Positions 19,357-29,477 of a stretch of 64,000 bases of DNA are shown here, piece after piece (position 1 is the stretch's first letter; each line of letters begins with the position of its first letter). This DNA comes from Gammaproteobacteria bacterium UBA3067 (GTDB taxonomy: Bacteria > Pseudomonadota > Gammaproteobacteria > Pseudomonadales > UBA3067): NCBI GenBank assembly GCA_002366835.1, contig DFBZ01000038.1:12689-76688 (forward strand). The letters run 5' to 3'. The position numbers and the translations under genes were made by a program. The notes under the pieces were generated by a model. It was not told the DNA's origin, searched no databases, and worked only from the letters and a program-made list of their open reading frames with translations.

Positions 19357-21570
19357 TTAATAGGTCATTTTGATTGATGCGCTAAGACGTTCGTCAGACG
19401 CATAATAACTGTCAGGGTTAAATTCAAAATCATCTCCAATCAGTCGTTGGTATTTAAGATTGATGTTCAAGGAAATTGGCCCAGGAATAGCTAAGTCGTG
19501 GCCTATGTTCCATTCGGCTCTGTTGTACTCTGTTCTTCTGGTTCCGTAGTCAAAACTTGCGTAGTAATGCAAAAAGGAAAGCTTGAGATCATCTCTTAGC
19601 GAATATAACCACACTAAGCTTGTATTGTGCTGGGGAATGTATTGTTCTTCTTTTTTCAAGCTTGCATCGGAGTCCATGTAGCCGTATGTGATTCTAAAAA
19701 GATGCTTGCCTTTATGCTTGTAGCTGCCTTCAAATTCCACTCCTTCGAGTTTCACACTTTCAGCGTTTGTATTGTCGGACTCTATTTGTTGGGACCCACT
19801 AATGAGGTCGTATAGCCGATCATGAAAAATTTTCATGTCCCATTGCAGTGAGTAATCAGACGAATGGCCGTAATAACCGAACTCTTTGGAAATGATGTTT
19901 TCATTTTCGAGTTTTCCCGTGGCGACGCTAATCGGGTAAAAGCTTGCTTTTTCACTGACGCTATTTTTAGCATCGATAGGATGAAGATAGTAACTCCACT
20001 GAGCTTGTTCTTGGAATATATCCGGTGAACGGTGAGCTTTAGCGTAAACAAATCGAAGATGATTAAATGCGTTAATATGGCTGTTTAATGCAAGCCTGGG
20101 GGTGATTGTGGTGCCGATTTGACTGTCTTCTTCAGCAAGTGTGCTCAGGTTGATGATATTTCTTGGGCTGATTTTATATTCGGCATTTGCGAAGACTCGG
20201 TTAATGGTGTTGCTGGCTTCGCCGTTAATGTAAGTTTCACTTTTTAGTCCGTCTTCTCGATAGCTTAATCCGGTGACCACTCTGAAACTATCGTTAAAAA
20301 GGTAGGTGTCCTGAAATTCTATATCCACTCTTGATTCGCGCGTATTTTGATTAGATAAACCGCATACTTCGCTGGCAGCATCCCCTCCTAGCTCTAAATA
20401 TTTCACAACAGCCTGTTGGGCAACAAGGTTATCTGCATTGGATGCGTCCGCGAGAGGAAATTCGTTATTTAATACTCTCTCAACGTAACTGGGGTCTAAA
20501 AGGTATAGCTGTCGCAGTTCATCACTAATGAATATAGGGTGCAAGCAAGTTGTCCATTGCTGCACCTGTTTGTGCTCCATTTTGTATGTTCGGATGTAGG
20601 CCTGATGTTGATGGCTAAAATCATGTGTCCACTGGGCCTGGAGGTAATAATCTCTTGTGTCTATATTTGGCTTACTCGTGATAATGGGGTCCCAAATATC
20701 CTCTTGCTTATCTCCCTTAATGTATCCCGCTTGCAGCGCTAACTGATTATTATCGTTAATGCTTGAGTCAGAGTGGAGTCTGATGAAGTTTGCACTAAAG
20801 CCATCTTGAGTTGGCTTGTTATTTCTATCGTGGATAAATCCTTCTTCTTCTCGGCCGCCTATGTTGATGCCTATTGTTGTATTGTCAAAATGAAGGGTTT
20901 GATGAGCATGATAGAGCTTAAGGCCGTTACTTCCCGTGGTGTATTTAATTTGGGAGCTAGAAAAATCCTCAGGGTGTTTGGTGATGATATTTATAACGCC
21001 TAAAAAGGCATTCGCACCATAGGTGGCCGCCCCTGGGCCACGAATTATTTCTATTTTGGCAATGTCGTCCACCGTAATCGGTAGCATTTCCCATTTCACC
21101 CGAGCAAGCCCTGGCAGGTATACCGATCGACCGTCAATCAATACCTGCTGGCGTATGGCAGGTTCCATTTCGGTGCCGTGATAACTGATTGAGGAGCTAT
21201 GTCCTTCATTACTATGATCGTAGCCCACGACCATGCCAGGAACTAATCGTAGTACCTCGGGGATGGTTGCTATTCCTAATGATTCAATAAGTCGGCCGTC
21301 AATGCTTGTTACCGAGGCGGGTGTTTCGGAACGGGCTTGGTTTAATCTGGATGCTGACAAGATCATTGGTGGGGCAGCGGAGAGACTAAAAGTATCCTCA
21401 AGGTCGAGATCAAGCTCGTTTACCTCGCTCGCGAATACTGCACCGGTGGTGCCAAGTGACATTAATAGGCCTTGAGCGAATAAACGCTTAAACCGGTGAG
21501 CGGTATTGGTTTGTTTGATTTGATGAGTCTGAAGAGATGGGGAAATAGGCGCTGTGGTTTTCGGGGGCAT
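19357..21570 (-). CDS. TonB-dependent outer-membrane receptor
   Basis: 737 aa. Plug motifs are present (IEIIRGPGAATYGANAFLGVINIITK), followed by a long beta-barrel region and a C-terminal aromatic residue. There is no FecA-type N-terminal signalling extension. Confidence 0.85.
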   Translation of the reverse strand: MPPKTTAPISPSLQTHQIKQTNTAHRFKRLFAQGLLMSLGTTGAVFASEVNELDLDLEDTFSLSAAPPMILSASRLNQARSETPASVTSIDGRLIESLGIATIPEVLRLVPGMVVGYDHSNEGHSSSISYHGTEMEPAIRQQVLIDGRSVYLPGLARVKWEMLPITVDDIAKIEIIRGPGAATYGANAFLGVINIITKHPEDFSSSQIKYTTGSNGLKLYHAHQTLHFDNTTIGINIGGREEEGFIHDRNNKPTQDGFSANFIRLHSDSSINDNNQLALQAGYIKGDKQEDIWDPIITSKPNIDTRDYYLQAQWTHDFSHQHQAYIRTYKMEHKQVQQWTTCLHPIFISDELRQLYLLDPSYVERVLNNEFPLADASNADNLVAQQAVVKYLELGGDAASEVCGLSNQNTRESRVDIEFQDTYLFNDSFRVVTGLSYREDGLKSETYINGEASNTINRVFANAEYKISPRNIINLSTLAEEDSQIGTTITPRLALNSHINAFNHLRFVYAKAHRSPDIFQEQAQWSYYLHPIDAKNSVSEKASFYPISVATGKLENENIISKEFGYYGHSSDYSLQWDMKIFHDRLYDLISGSQQIESDNTNAESVKLEGVEFEGSYKHKGKHLFRITYGYMDSDASLKKEEQYIPQHNTSLVWLYSLRDDLKLSFLHYYASFDYGTRRTEYNRAEWNIGHDLAIPGPISLNINLKYQRLIGDDFEFNPDSYYASDERLSASIKMTY

Positions 21571-21832
21571 TATATAACTCTAGGGCTTATTCATATTGTG
21601 ATCACAGGCCGCATTATGGACGTGCTATGGACTATTCATCAAGCAGGTGTTTCTTTAGGTTCCATGACTATGTCATTGATTTTCGTCGTTGTTATTGGCG
21701 TCTTTCCATTAGTTATATTAGCTGGGTATGCGCTTATTTCCTCCTTTGCAATGAAAGAACAAGAGGTTGCCATTCGCTGGATTACCGAGTACATTTCACC
21801 ATCTCGTCACATAGCGCATTAACTTTGATCAA

Positions 21833-21844
21833 GTTTGCGCAAAC
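21833..21844. promoter_or_regulatory. Perfect 12-bp palindrome GTTTGCGCAAAC upstream of oadG (candidate operator)
   Basis: The sequence is self-complementary and ends 81 nt upstream of the oadG ATG, in the divergent intergenic region shared with the TonB-dependent receptor operon. Confidence 0.3.
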
Positions 21845-21925
21845 GTGCGTCGTTGCGTAATGGCATTATTTCCAACAAAAGCGAGCAAGGGGCCAAAAGC
21901 TCCTGCGAATAATAAGGAGTATCAG

Positions 21926-22174
21926 ATGGATGGGATAGCATCTCAAGCAATAGACTTGCTTGTTGTCGGTATGGGCACAGTTTTTTCTTTTCTCGCGTTG
22001 CTTATATTGGCCACCACTCTGATGTCTCGCTTTGTAGATCTAATTTCTCGTCCAGAGACTCGCCAGCCTTCCGCTTCTTCTGCACCGACTCCAAACCCCC
22101 AAAACTTGGAAGATCAACAGCTTATTGCTGTGATCTCCGCTGCCTTGCATAAGCACCGTACCCGCAAGCACTAG
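21926..22174 (+). CDS. oadG: Oxaloacetate decarboxylase gamma subunit
   Basis: It has a single TM helix ([23 protein letters not shown]), as in OadG, and lies immediately upstream of oadA/oadB. I chose the ATG at 21926 because an AAGGAG sequence sits 6 nt upstream; the track ORF opens at 21845. Confidence 0.8.
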   Translation: MDGIASQAIDLLVVGMGTVFSFLALLILATTLMSRFVDLISRPETRQPSASSAPTPNPQNLEDQQLIAVISAALHKHRTRKH

Positions 22175-22202
22175 TACCTGCCTGAATCAAAAGGAATTAC
22201 AC

Positions 22203-23984
22203 ATGACTTCTGCGAACAAGTCTCTCGGAATTACTGATGTCGTATTACGCGACGCCCACCAGTCACTTTTTGCTACACGGCTTCGTTTGGACGATATGCT
22301 ACCAATATGCGAAAAGCTTGATCAGATGGGCTACTGGTCAATTGAGTCATGGGGCGGCGCAACGTTTGATTCCTGCATTCGCTATCTTGGTGAAGACCCA
22401 TGGGAGCGCATTCGCAAGCTCAAGGAAGTGATGCCTAACACGCCTCAGCAAATGCTGTTCAGAGGGCAGAATATTCTTGGTTATCGTCATTATGCCGATG
22501 ATGTGGTCGATAAGTTTGTAGAGCGAGCTGCGGTAAACGGCGTGGATGTTTTCCGTGTTTTTGATGCAATGAACGACCCGCGTAATCTGGAGACTGCCAT
22601 TAAAGCGGTGATTAAGCAGGGTAAGCACGCCCAAGGAACACTTTCCTATACGGTGAGCCCCGTTCACGACATCAATAGTTGGCTAAATTTAGGTAAACAA
22701 ATAGAGGCGATGGGTGCCCACTCTGTTTGTATCAAGGATATGGCTGGCTTATTAAAACCCTATGTAGCTTTTGAGCTTGTTAGCAAACTCAAAAAAGAAC
22801 TCTCTATCCCAGTGCATTTACACTGCCATGCTACAACCGGGCTTTCCACTGCCACGCTTCTCAAAGCCATCGAAGCGGGAATTGATAATGTCGATACCGC
22901 AATTTCCTCGATGAGCATGACCTACGGTCACTCGCCTACAGAATCCATCGTTTCTATATTAGAAGGCACAGAGAGGGATACTGGGCTTGATATTCACAAG
23001 CTTGAAGAAGTTGCCTCCTATTTTAGAGGCGTGCGTAAAAAATACGCCCCCTTTGAAGGGGCACTACGAGGAGTAGATTCTCGAATTCTTGTAGCACAAG
23101 TGCCAGGCGGTATGCTAACAAATATGGAAAGCCAGTTAAGAGAGCAGGGTGCCGCTGATAAACTTGATGCTGTATTAGAAGAGATACCTGCCGTGCGTAA
23201 GGACCTTGGTTATCTTCCGCTGGTGACACCCACATCTCAAATCGTTGGAACACAGGCTGTTCTCAACGTATTGACTGGAGAACGCTATAAAAGTGTTTCA
23301 AAAGAAACGGCGGGCGTATTAAAGGGCGAATACGGCAAAGCACCCAGTGAATTTAATAAAGAGCTACAGCAGAAAATACTCGATGGGCAAGAGGCTATAA
23401 GCTGTCGGCCAGCTGATTTACTTGAGCCAGAAATTGAAAAACTAAGTGCGGAACTTCTCAAACTTTCAAAAGAAGAGGGTTTTCCTCTTGCTGAAAATTC
23501 AATTGATGACGTGCTTACCTACGCGTTATTTCCTCAAGTTGGTTTAAAGTTTCTCAAAAATAGAGGCAATGCAGACGCATTTGAACCTGCACCTCAAGCC
23601 AAAACCCCTGATGCAGTCCAAACCAAAGATAAAGCCCCCGCGCCGACTTCTGACTCTGGCGTGTATACGGTTACGGTAAATGGCCAATCGTACGTGGTAG
23701 AGGTAAATGAAGGCGGTGACATTAGTGCCGTTCAGCCTGTTGTTTCGCAGGTAGTCGCTGCCCCTGTCTCCGCTGGTGAAGTGGTAGCAGCCCCTCTAGC
23801 GGGAAACATTTTCAAAGTGCATGTTAAAGCTGGCCAGGTTGTTCAAGAGGGTGATGTGCTAATTATTCTTGAGGCAATGAAAATGGAAACAGAAATACGT
23901 GCACCACGCGCTGGAACTATCAGTGATATCGAGGTAAGCGAAGGTGATGCTGTTGTGGTGGGTGACCCACTTTTATTTCTTTAA
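22203..23984 (+). CDS. oadA: Oxaloacetate decarboxylase alpha subunit (carboxyltransferase plus biotinyl domain)
   Basis: 593 aa. It has an N-terminal carboxyltransferase TIM domain ([13 protein letters not shown]), an Ala/Pro linker, and a biotin attachment motif (EAMKMET). The flanking oadG and oadB distinguish it from PycB. Confidence 0.9.
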   Translation: MTSANKSLGITDVVLRDAHQSLFATRLRLDDMLPICEKLDQMGYWSIESWGGATFDSCIRYLGEDPWERIRKLKEVMPNTPQQMLFRGQNILGYRHYADDVVDKFVERAAVNGVDVFRVFDAMNDPRNLETAIKAVIKQGKHAQGTLSYTVSPVHDINSWLNLGKQIEAMGAHSVCIKDMAGLLKPYVAFELVSKLKKELSIPVHLHCHATTGLSTATLLKAIEAGIDNVDTAISSMSMTYGHSPTESIVSILEGTERDTGLDIHKLEEVASYFRGVRKKYAPFEGALRGVDSRILVAQVPGGMLTNMESQLREQGAADKLDAVLEEIPAVRKDLGYLPLVTPTSQIVGTQAVLNVLTGERYKSVSKETAGVLKGEYGKAPSEFNKELQQKILDGQEAISCRPADLLEPEIEKLSAELLKLSKEEGFPLAENSIDDVLTYALFPQVGLKFLKNRGNADAFEPAPQAKTPDAVQTKDKAPAPTSDSGVYTVTVNGQSYVVEVNEGGDISAVQPVVSQVVAAPVSAGEVVAAPLAGNIFKVHVKAGQVVQEGDVLIILEAMKMETEIRAPRAGTISDIEVSEGDAVVVGDPLLFL

Positions 23985-24025
23985 TCGGTATTCGTATTTC
24001 AATGTAATAGGGAGCTCGGCATTAC

Positions 24026-25210
24026 GTGGAAAGTTTGATTTCGCTCTGGCAGGGCACAGGCATTTACTATTTGATGACTCAAATAGAGCTGAATGGGCTA
24101 AGTGGCTTCGGTCCACTATTTATGATTGCGATAGGCCTATCGTTGCTCTTTTTGGCGATTCGCAAGGGCTTCGAGCCCTTACTACTTGTCCCTATCGGCT
24201 TCGGCTGTATATTAGTTAATATTCCTGAGGCTGGCTTTTCTAATAAGCCGACTGAGACGGAAGCGGGTGGTCTTCTTTATTATTTTTTTCATATAGGTAT
24301 TGCCTCAGGGGGTATCTTCCCCCTATTTATTTTCATGGGGGTAGGGGCAATGACAGATTTTGGCCCACTGCTTGCCAACCCTAAAACATTACTTCTTGGG
24401 GCTGCCGCACAATTCGGCATTTTTGCTACATTGCTTGGTGCGGTGGCTCTTAATTCTTTTGATATAGGTTTCAATTTTAGTTTAAAGGAAGCGGCCGCTA
24501 TCGCTATTATAGGTGGAGCCGATGGCCCCACTGCTATTTTTGTAGCAGGTAAATTAGCCCCTGAGCTCCTCGGTGCCATTGCCGTTGCTGCTTATTCTTA
24601 TATGGCGCTAGTGCCTCTCATCCAACCGCCCATTATGCGAGCGCTGACCACAGAGGAAGAGCGTGCAATCGTAATGACGCAGTTAAGGGATGTTTCGCGG
24701 ACAGAAAAAATATTCTTCCCCTTGATGCTGCTTTTATTGGTGGCGCTTTTATTGCCTTCAGCCGCTCCTCTTTTGGGTATGTTTTGTTTTGGAAATTTAA
24801 TGCGCGAGTGCGGGGTGGTGGATCGTTTAAGCGATACGGCCCAAAATGCCTTGATAAATATCGTCACTATTTTCCTCGGTTTGGCGGTAGGGTCAAAGCT
24901 TAGTGCGGATAAATTCCTAGATATGAATACCCTGGGCATTCTAATCTTGGGCATTATCGCTTTTTGCATAGGTACAGCAGCGGGCCTCTTGATGGGTAAG
25001 TTGATGAATAGATTATCAGGCGGAAAAATTAACCCACTCATCGGTGCAGCCGGAGTATCTGCCGTGCCGATGGCTGCGCGTGTAGCGAATAAAGTGGGTC
25101 TCGAGGCAAACCCTCAAAACTTTTTGCTCATGCATGCCATGGGGCCAAATGTAGCAGGGGTGATTGGCTCGGCTGTTGCGGCGGGTGTTATGCTAAAAAT
25201 GGTGGGTTAA
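24026..25210 (+). CDS. oadB: Oxaloacetate decarboxylase beta subunit (Na+-translocating)
   Basis: 394 aa and polytopic. OadB-like motifs are present ([24 protein letters not shown]). The start is a GTG with GGGAG upstream. Confidence 0.9.
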   Translation: MESLISLWQGTGIYYLMTQIELNGLSGFGPLFMIAIGLSLLFLAIRKGFEPLLLVPIGFGCILVNIPEAGFSNKPTETEAGGLLYYFFHIGIASGGIFPLFIFMGVGAMTDFGPLLANPKTLLLGAAAQFGIFATLLGAVALNSFDIGFNFSLKEAAAIAIIGGADGPTAIFVAGKLAPELLGAIAVAAYSYMALVPLIQPPIMRALTTEEERAIVMTQLRDVSRTEKIFFPLMLLLLVALLLPSAAPLLGMFCFGNLMRECGVVDRLSDTAQNALINIVTIFLGLAVGSKLSADKFLDMNTLGILILGIIAFCIGTAAGLLMGKLMNRLSGGKINPLIGAAGVSAVPMAARVANKVGLEANPQNFLLMHAMGPNVAGVIGSAVAAGVMLKMVG

Positions 25211-25226
25211 AAAATCTGTTTTTTCG

Positions 25227-25263
25227 CCTTACCCGAAGCTATGCCCTTTAGCTTCGGGTAAGG
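25227..25263 (+). terminator. Strong hairpin after oadB (terminator-like, no T-run)
   Basis: A perfect 14-bp stem (CCTTACCCGAAGCT / AGCTTCGGGTAAGG) with a 9-nt loop begins 17 nt after the oadB stop. It is not followed by a U-tract. Confidence 0.45.
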
Positions 25264-25439
25264 TGGTATTCCTTAAAAGCGTCTTCTTTTTTAGGTTTTT
25301 CTTTCTTCATAATCGTCCGATAGTTATTTATTCTAAATAAATTTAAAAACCTGCCTTATTCGTCCTAAACTTGATGGTTAGTTTGTTTAGAATAGATGCC
25401 TTTCTTTCTTGAGCAAGCATTACCCTAAGAGCAAAATAA

Positions 25440-27209
25440 ATGCTAGATATCGCATTAACCATCATCACTCTTGCATCACTGATCGTGTTGTTGGTTTTTT
25501 CAAAAGTTAGTACCGATTTGATTTTTGGTGGTGCCATTGTCGGGCTGATTACTTTTCAGGTTATCACTCCCGAGCAGGCTTTTAGTGGTTTCACCAACCA
25601 AGGTTTTCTGACCATTGCTGCTTTATATGTCGTAGCGGCGGGTCTGGTTCGTTCAGGCGCGTCTTTTTCCATGACCCAGAATATATTTGGCAACACCAAT
25701 CACCTGCGCTGGGCTCAGTTTCGAATGTCGGTAATTATTGCCTTATTGAGCGCCGTCGTTAATAACACCGCCGTTATTGCGTCCTTATTAGCAAATGTCC
25801 GTGACTGGGCAAGGTCACACAATATTCCTCAAAGCCAACTGCTTATTCCCATGAGCTATGCAGCGATGCTGGGCGGCAACTGTAGTTTATTCGGTAGCAG
25901 CACCAATGTCGTTGTATTCGGCTTGCTACTGGCCTCGCATGACGGTTTGAACCTTGGGATATTTGATATTGCCCTCGTTGGGCTGCCTATCGTGTTTGTC
26001 GGTATCCTTTATATGGTTGTCTTTGCAGGTCGAATTCTTCCCAATCAAGCGAATGGGAGGGACCAGTTTAACAACACCTTAAAGGAATACACGGTAGAGG
26101 CAGTTGTCGAAACAGACAGCCCTGTTATCGGGAAAACCATTGCCCAGGCTGGCCTGCGCCATCTTGAAGGTTTATTCCTGGCGGAAATTCAGAGGGGAGC
26201 ATCCATACTCAGTGCAGTGGGGCCGCAGACGGTATTAAATGAAAATGATCGATTGATTTTTGTTGGTGACACGAGTGCCATTGTCGATTTGCGAAAAATT
26301 AAAGGCCTTAGCTTGCTTGATGCCGTGTCCTTCCCGGACAGTAGCCAAAGGGTTTTTGTAGAGGTTGTGGTTGCTCAAAACTCTAGGTTGGTTGGTAAAT
26401 CCATAAGAGAGTCAGCATTTCGTTCTCATTTTAATGCGGCGGTTTTGGCTGTTTCCCGTCACGGTCAGCGTTTAAAGGGGCGAATAGGGGACATTGTTAT
26501 CGCTCCCTCTGATGCCTTGCTTTTAGAGTGCGATGAATCTTTTGTAAACCGATTTGGCAGAACCCCTGAATTTCTTTTAGCCAGCAACGTCGAAAACTCA
26601 GAAGTGCCTAATTTTGAGAAAGCCAAGCTTGCCTTGTTCATTCTACTATCCATGCTTGCACTCGCCACAAGCGGCATGACCAGCTTTTTTAACGCCTCCA
26701 TTTTGGCAGCAGGCGCGATGGTGCTTACACGTTGCGTCTCCGGTAGGGAGGCGCGGGAAAGTATCGACATGGTAGTTATGTTGAGCATCGGCCTATCCTT
26801 TGGCGTGGCAGAAGCCGTCAATGCCTCTGGCCTTACCGGCATTATTACTCAATCGCTTCAAAATTTGAGTGGCTTAACGCCATTTGCCTTACTCGCTTGC
26901 ACATTTCTGCTTACTTCTCTTCTGACCTTATTAATCACCAATACCTCTGCCGCCATTCTGGTATTGCCCACGGTGATGGGCATTGCAGAGAGCCTGTCGT
27001 TATCACCGCTGCCATTCGCTATAGCGGTAATGATCTCGGCTTCTGCGAGCTTCGCCTTACCCACTGGTTATCAAACCAACCTCATGGTTTATTCCGTCGG
27101 GGGATATACCGTCGGCGATTTTATTAAATTTGGCTTACCATTGCAGGTTCTGGTTTTCTTTGTTGCAATGATCATCATACCTTTGGCTTGGCCGCTTCAG
27201 CTTATTTAG
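25440..27209 (+). CDS. SLC13/DASS-like anion permease with central tandem TrkA-C domains
   Basis: 589 aa. N- and C-terminal polytopic halves flank a soluble region of about 200 aa that contains two RCK_C-like repeats (SPVIGKTIAQAGLR..., SRLVGKSIRESAFR...). Confidence 0.75.
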   Translation: MLDIALTIITLASLIVLLVFSKVSTDLIFGGAIVGLITFQVITPEQAFSGFTNQGFLTIAALYVVAAGLVRSGASFSMTQNIFGNTNHLRWAQFRMSVIIALLSAVVNNTAVIASLLANVRDWARSHNIPQSQLLIPMSYAAMLGGNCSLFGSSTNVVVFGLLLASHDGLNLGIFDIALVGLPIVFVGILYMVVFAGRILPNQANGRDQFNNTLKEYTVEAVVETDSPVIGKTIAQAGLRHLEGLFLAEIQRGASILSAVGPQTVLNENDRLIFVGDTSAIVDLRKIKGLSLLDAVSFPDSSQRVFVEVVVAQNSRLVGKSIRESAFRSHFNAAVLAVSRHGQRLKGRIGDIVIAPSDALLLECDESFVNRFGRTPEFLLASNVENSEVPNFEKAKLALFILLSMLALATSGMTSFFNASILAAGAMVLTRCVSGREARESIDMVVMLSIGLSFGVAEAVNASGLTGIITQSLQNLSGLTPFALLACTFLLTSLLTLLITNTSAAILVLPTVMGIAESLSLSPLPFAIAVMISASASFALPTGYQTNLMVYSVGGYTVGDFIKFGLPLQVLVFFVAMIIIPLAWPLQLI

Positions 27210-27509
27210 CGCTTTAGCTCGAATACCTTAAAAGAACAGGCACCAGAACAGTATTACGTTGTGCGCCTAATATCGCCATAGGCGGAGTGATTACTCCCCC
27301 TATGGCGTTTGAATATTTAAAGGCTTGAATCTTTAAAGCGTGACGCAGTAAGCGCTTTCCCATCTCTGGATATTAAGCCTCTATCCAGGCTACAAAAAAT
27401 TACTTTGTATTCCAGGTGAAGCATCTGCAGTCGTAATGCATTACTGCTAATACTTAATTAAAGGGTAAGTTTTGATCTCTTTTATTTTGATGTTTAGTGA
27501 GGGTGAGAG

Positions 27510-28259
27510 ATGCTGCGTGTAGATGTTCTTCACAATAGTAATGATTTTGAGAGCCATGAACTTCAACAATTAAGGGCGCGGGTTCTGGCTGCATTTAAGG
27601 AATCAAAATTGCCGCCTCACTGGCATGAATGGTCGGTTGATGAAGAAGGTTTGCCATATTACCTTCGGGGTTTTGATCCATTTTCGATTTTTATCAATGG
27701 CAAGAAAGTGAACCCTGGTAAGTGCGTTGATTTGTCTGCTGATAAGCGAGTTCGGGCAGTACGATACAACTTGCCGAGTAAGGGTCTTCTTCTCCAGGTG
27801 CTGGAAAAGCGAGGTCATTGGCCCAAGATGAAAATGAGCCTAGTACCTAAGATATTTGCATTTCTATTCGTGCTTCCTTTTTTCTTTCTTATGATGTTGC
27901 CTGTGTCGGTATGCAGTGATTGTTGGGTTGGTTACACCGATGGTTCGCTAGAGTCTTTAAGGCAAATTAATTTTTCAAAACTGAATCGCCTTGTCTATCC
28001 CGCTTTGTTGATGTCGACGAGCCTTGCGCTTCTATCTGTTTTCTTTCGATCTTTTTTCCTTCAGAAAATGGGACTTTTTGTGGTGGTTTTGGTTTCAATG
28101 TTGGCGGTACTCAGTAGTAAGCTGGTCAATATGGATATCATGCTTGAATATGGCGGTTTGGGTTTGTTTTTAGCTTCAAGTATTTGGCTGTGTTTTGTGG
28201 ATAAACAGCCTGAGCCATGCCCTAGCTGTGCGGCGCTGAGAATGGATGATTCCCATTAA
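27510..28259 (+). CDS. Membrane protein: glutaredoxin-like N-domain fused to a MerC-like domain (paralog 2)
   Basis: 249 aa. It shares the LPPHWHEW, PYYLRGF, IFING, CSDCWVGY, LEYGGLGLFLASSIWLCFVD and PCPSCAAL motifs with the protein at 3169..3900. Confidence 0.55.
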   Translation: MLRVDVLHNSNDFESHELQQLRARVLAAFKESKLPPHWHEWSVDEEGLPYYLRGFDPFSIFINGKKVNPGKCVDLSADKRVRAVRYNLPSKGLLLQVLEKRGHWPKMKMSLVPKIFAFLFVLPFFFLMMLPVSVCSDCWVGYTDGSLESLRQINFSKLNRLVYPALLMSTSLALLSVFFRSFFLQKMGLFVVVLVSMLAVLSSKLVNMDIMLEYGGLGLFLASSIWLCFVDKQPEPCPSCAALRMDDSH

Positions 28260-28346
28260 TCCGTAGTGCCCTAATAGCTCTCCCTTTTACATAATGTCGT
28301 GTACAATCGTTGTAAATTCTAAAATTAACAATGATAAGAATGACTT

Positions 28347-29222
28347 ATGGATAGCATATTACAAAGGAAAAAATTGGCGCTGGAAGATGGCGCAATCTCC
28401 TATCTGTGTGGCGAAATAAAGCCAAATCGGCCCAGCTTTCATCTGCTTCACGCTACCGGGTTTAACGCCCATACCTACCGGCAAATTCTTGAACCTTTGT
28501 CGGAACACCTTAACGTTTACGCCTCTGATTTACGGGGGCATGGTTTGGGTTCACTCGCTGCAGACCCAGCAACGCTTAGCTCTTGGGATAGTTACCGCCA
28601 GGACTTCTTTCATCTTCTTGATTTTATCAATGAACCTATCTACCTCATGGGGCACTCTGTGGGCTCGGTGGTATCCATTGCTGGTGCGCTTCATAGACCG
28701 GATCTCGTGAAGGGGCTTATTTTAACTGAGCCGCTCATTTACCCTGAATCAATGATGCAAATGTTCGACCAGAGTAATGCTGATGTGAACCCTATGGTGA
28801 TGGGTGCACTGAAAAGACGCGCTGTGTTTGCTTCGAAAGAAGAAATGGTACAAAACTACGTGGGGCGTGGGGCATTTAAGACTTGGAGCGAGCCCTGGAT
28901 TAGAGATTACGTAGAAGGTGGTTCGATTCCAAATGAAGATGGAGGAGTGCAATTAAGCTGTCGGCCAGAATGGGAGGCCAAGTCGTTTCAAGTGGCTGAA
29001 GATACACCTTGGCATGATATTAAGCAGTTGTCCTGTCCCAGCTCTATCGTTTACGCTGAGGGTGCTGCATTTTCCACTTGCCATAAGGAGGGTGTTGATA
29101 AGTATCTAAGCCTGCAGCCAGAGACGAAGGTGACCGTAAGCAATGAGGCTTCTCACTTTTTACCAATGGAGCAGCCCGCTATGGTGATTGATGCGGTACT
29201 GGAAATGCTGCGCAATACGTGA
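28347..29222 (+). CDS. Alpha/beta-fold hydrolase
   Basis: 291 aa with the HATGFNAH oxyanion region, a nucleophile elbow (GHSVGS) and a C-terminal SHFLPMEQP His motif. Confidence 0.8.
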   Translation: MDSILQRKKLALEDGAISYLCGEIKPNRPSFHLLHATGFNAHTYRQILEPLSEHLNVYASDLRGHGLGSLAADPATLSSWDSYRQDFFHLLDFINEPIYLMGHSVGSVVSIAGALHRPDLVKGLILTEPLIYPESMMQMFDQSNADVNPMVMGALKRRAVFASKEEMVQNYVGRGAFKTWSEPWIRDYVEGGSIPNEDGGVQLSCRPEWEAKSFQVAEDTPWHDIKQLSCPSSIVYAEGAAFSTCHKEGVDKYLSLQPETKVTVSNEASHFLPMEQPAMVIDAVLEMLRNT

Positions 29223-29316
29223 GAATTCCTGCCTAGATTTTATCTTGCTTAATGGTGCTCTCTACTGGCATGGATGCTGCTGAGTTTTTATCAGACGGCG
29301 TTAAACATTGTTTTAA

Positions 29317-29455
29317 GGCCATCTCCAAAAATTAGAATTTTTATTCGAGAGCAAGGAAGCGCCGCACCGAAACTCGGAGTGTAGAAGGACTACATGAGGA
29401 GTTGAGTACAGAGCTGACGCTGCTATCGGGTAAAAGGCAAGTTTTAGATATGCCC
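29317..29455 (+). mobile_element. MITE-like element, copy 2 (139 bp)
   Basis: It aligns end to end with copy 1, with about 15 mismatches or indels by hand alignment. It is flanked by TTAA at 29313-29316 and at 29456-29459, and ends 22 nt before the ppc ATG. Confidence 0.8.
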
Positions 29456-29477
29456 TTAAGTAATTGAGGGAAAAGTC

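Noticed and set aside
21597-21606. Palindrome TGTGATCACA upstream of the TonB-dependent receptor, considered as a CRP or Fur site
   Set aside because: The CRP consensus needs TGTGA-N6-TCACA, and here the half-sites abut. There is no resemblance to the 19-bp Fur box GATAATGATAATCATTATC. It is kept only as a remark in the operon finding.
21616-21822. Possible 68-aa single-TM small protein upstream of oadG (internal ATG of the track ORF 21496..21822)
   Set aside because: It has no Shine-Dalgarno-like sequence and no recognisable family. Hydrophobic short ORFs arise easily in AT-rich intergenic DNA, and the longer track ORF overlaps the receptor gene start. It cannot be supported from sequence alone.
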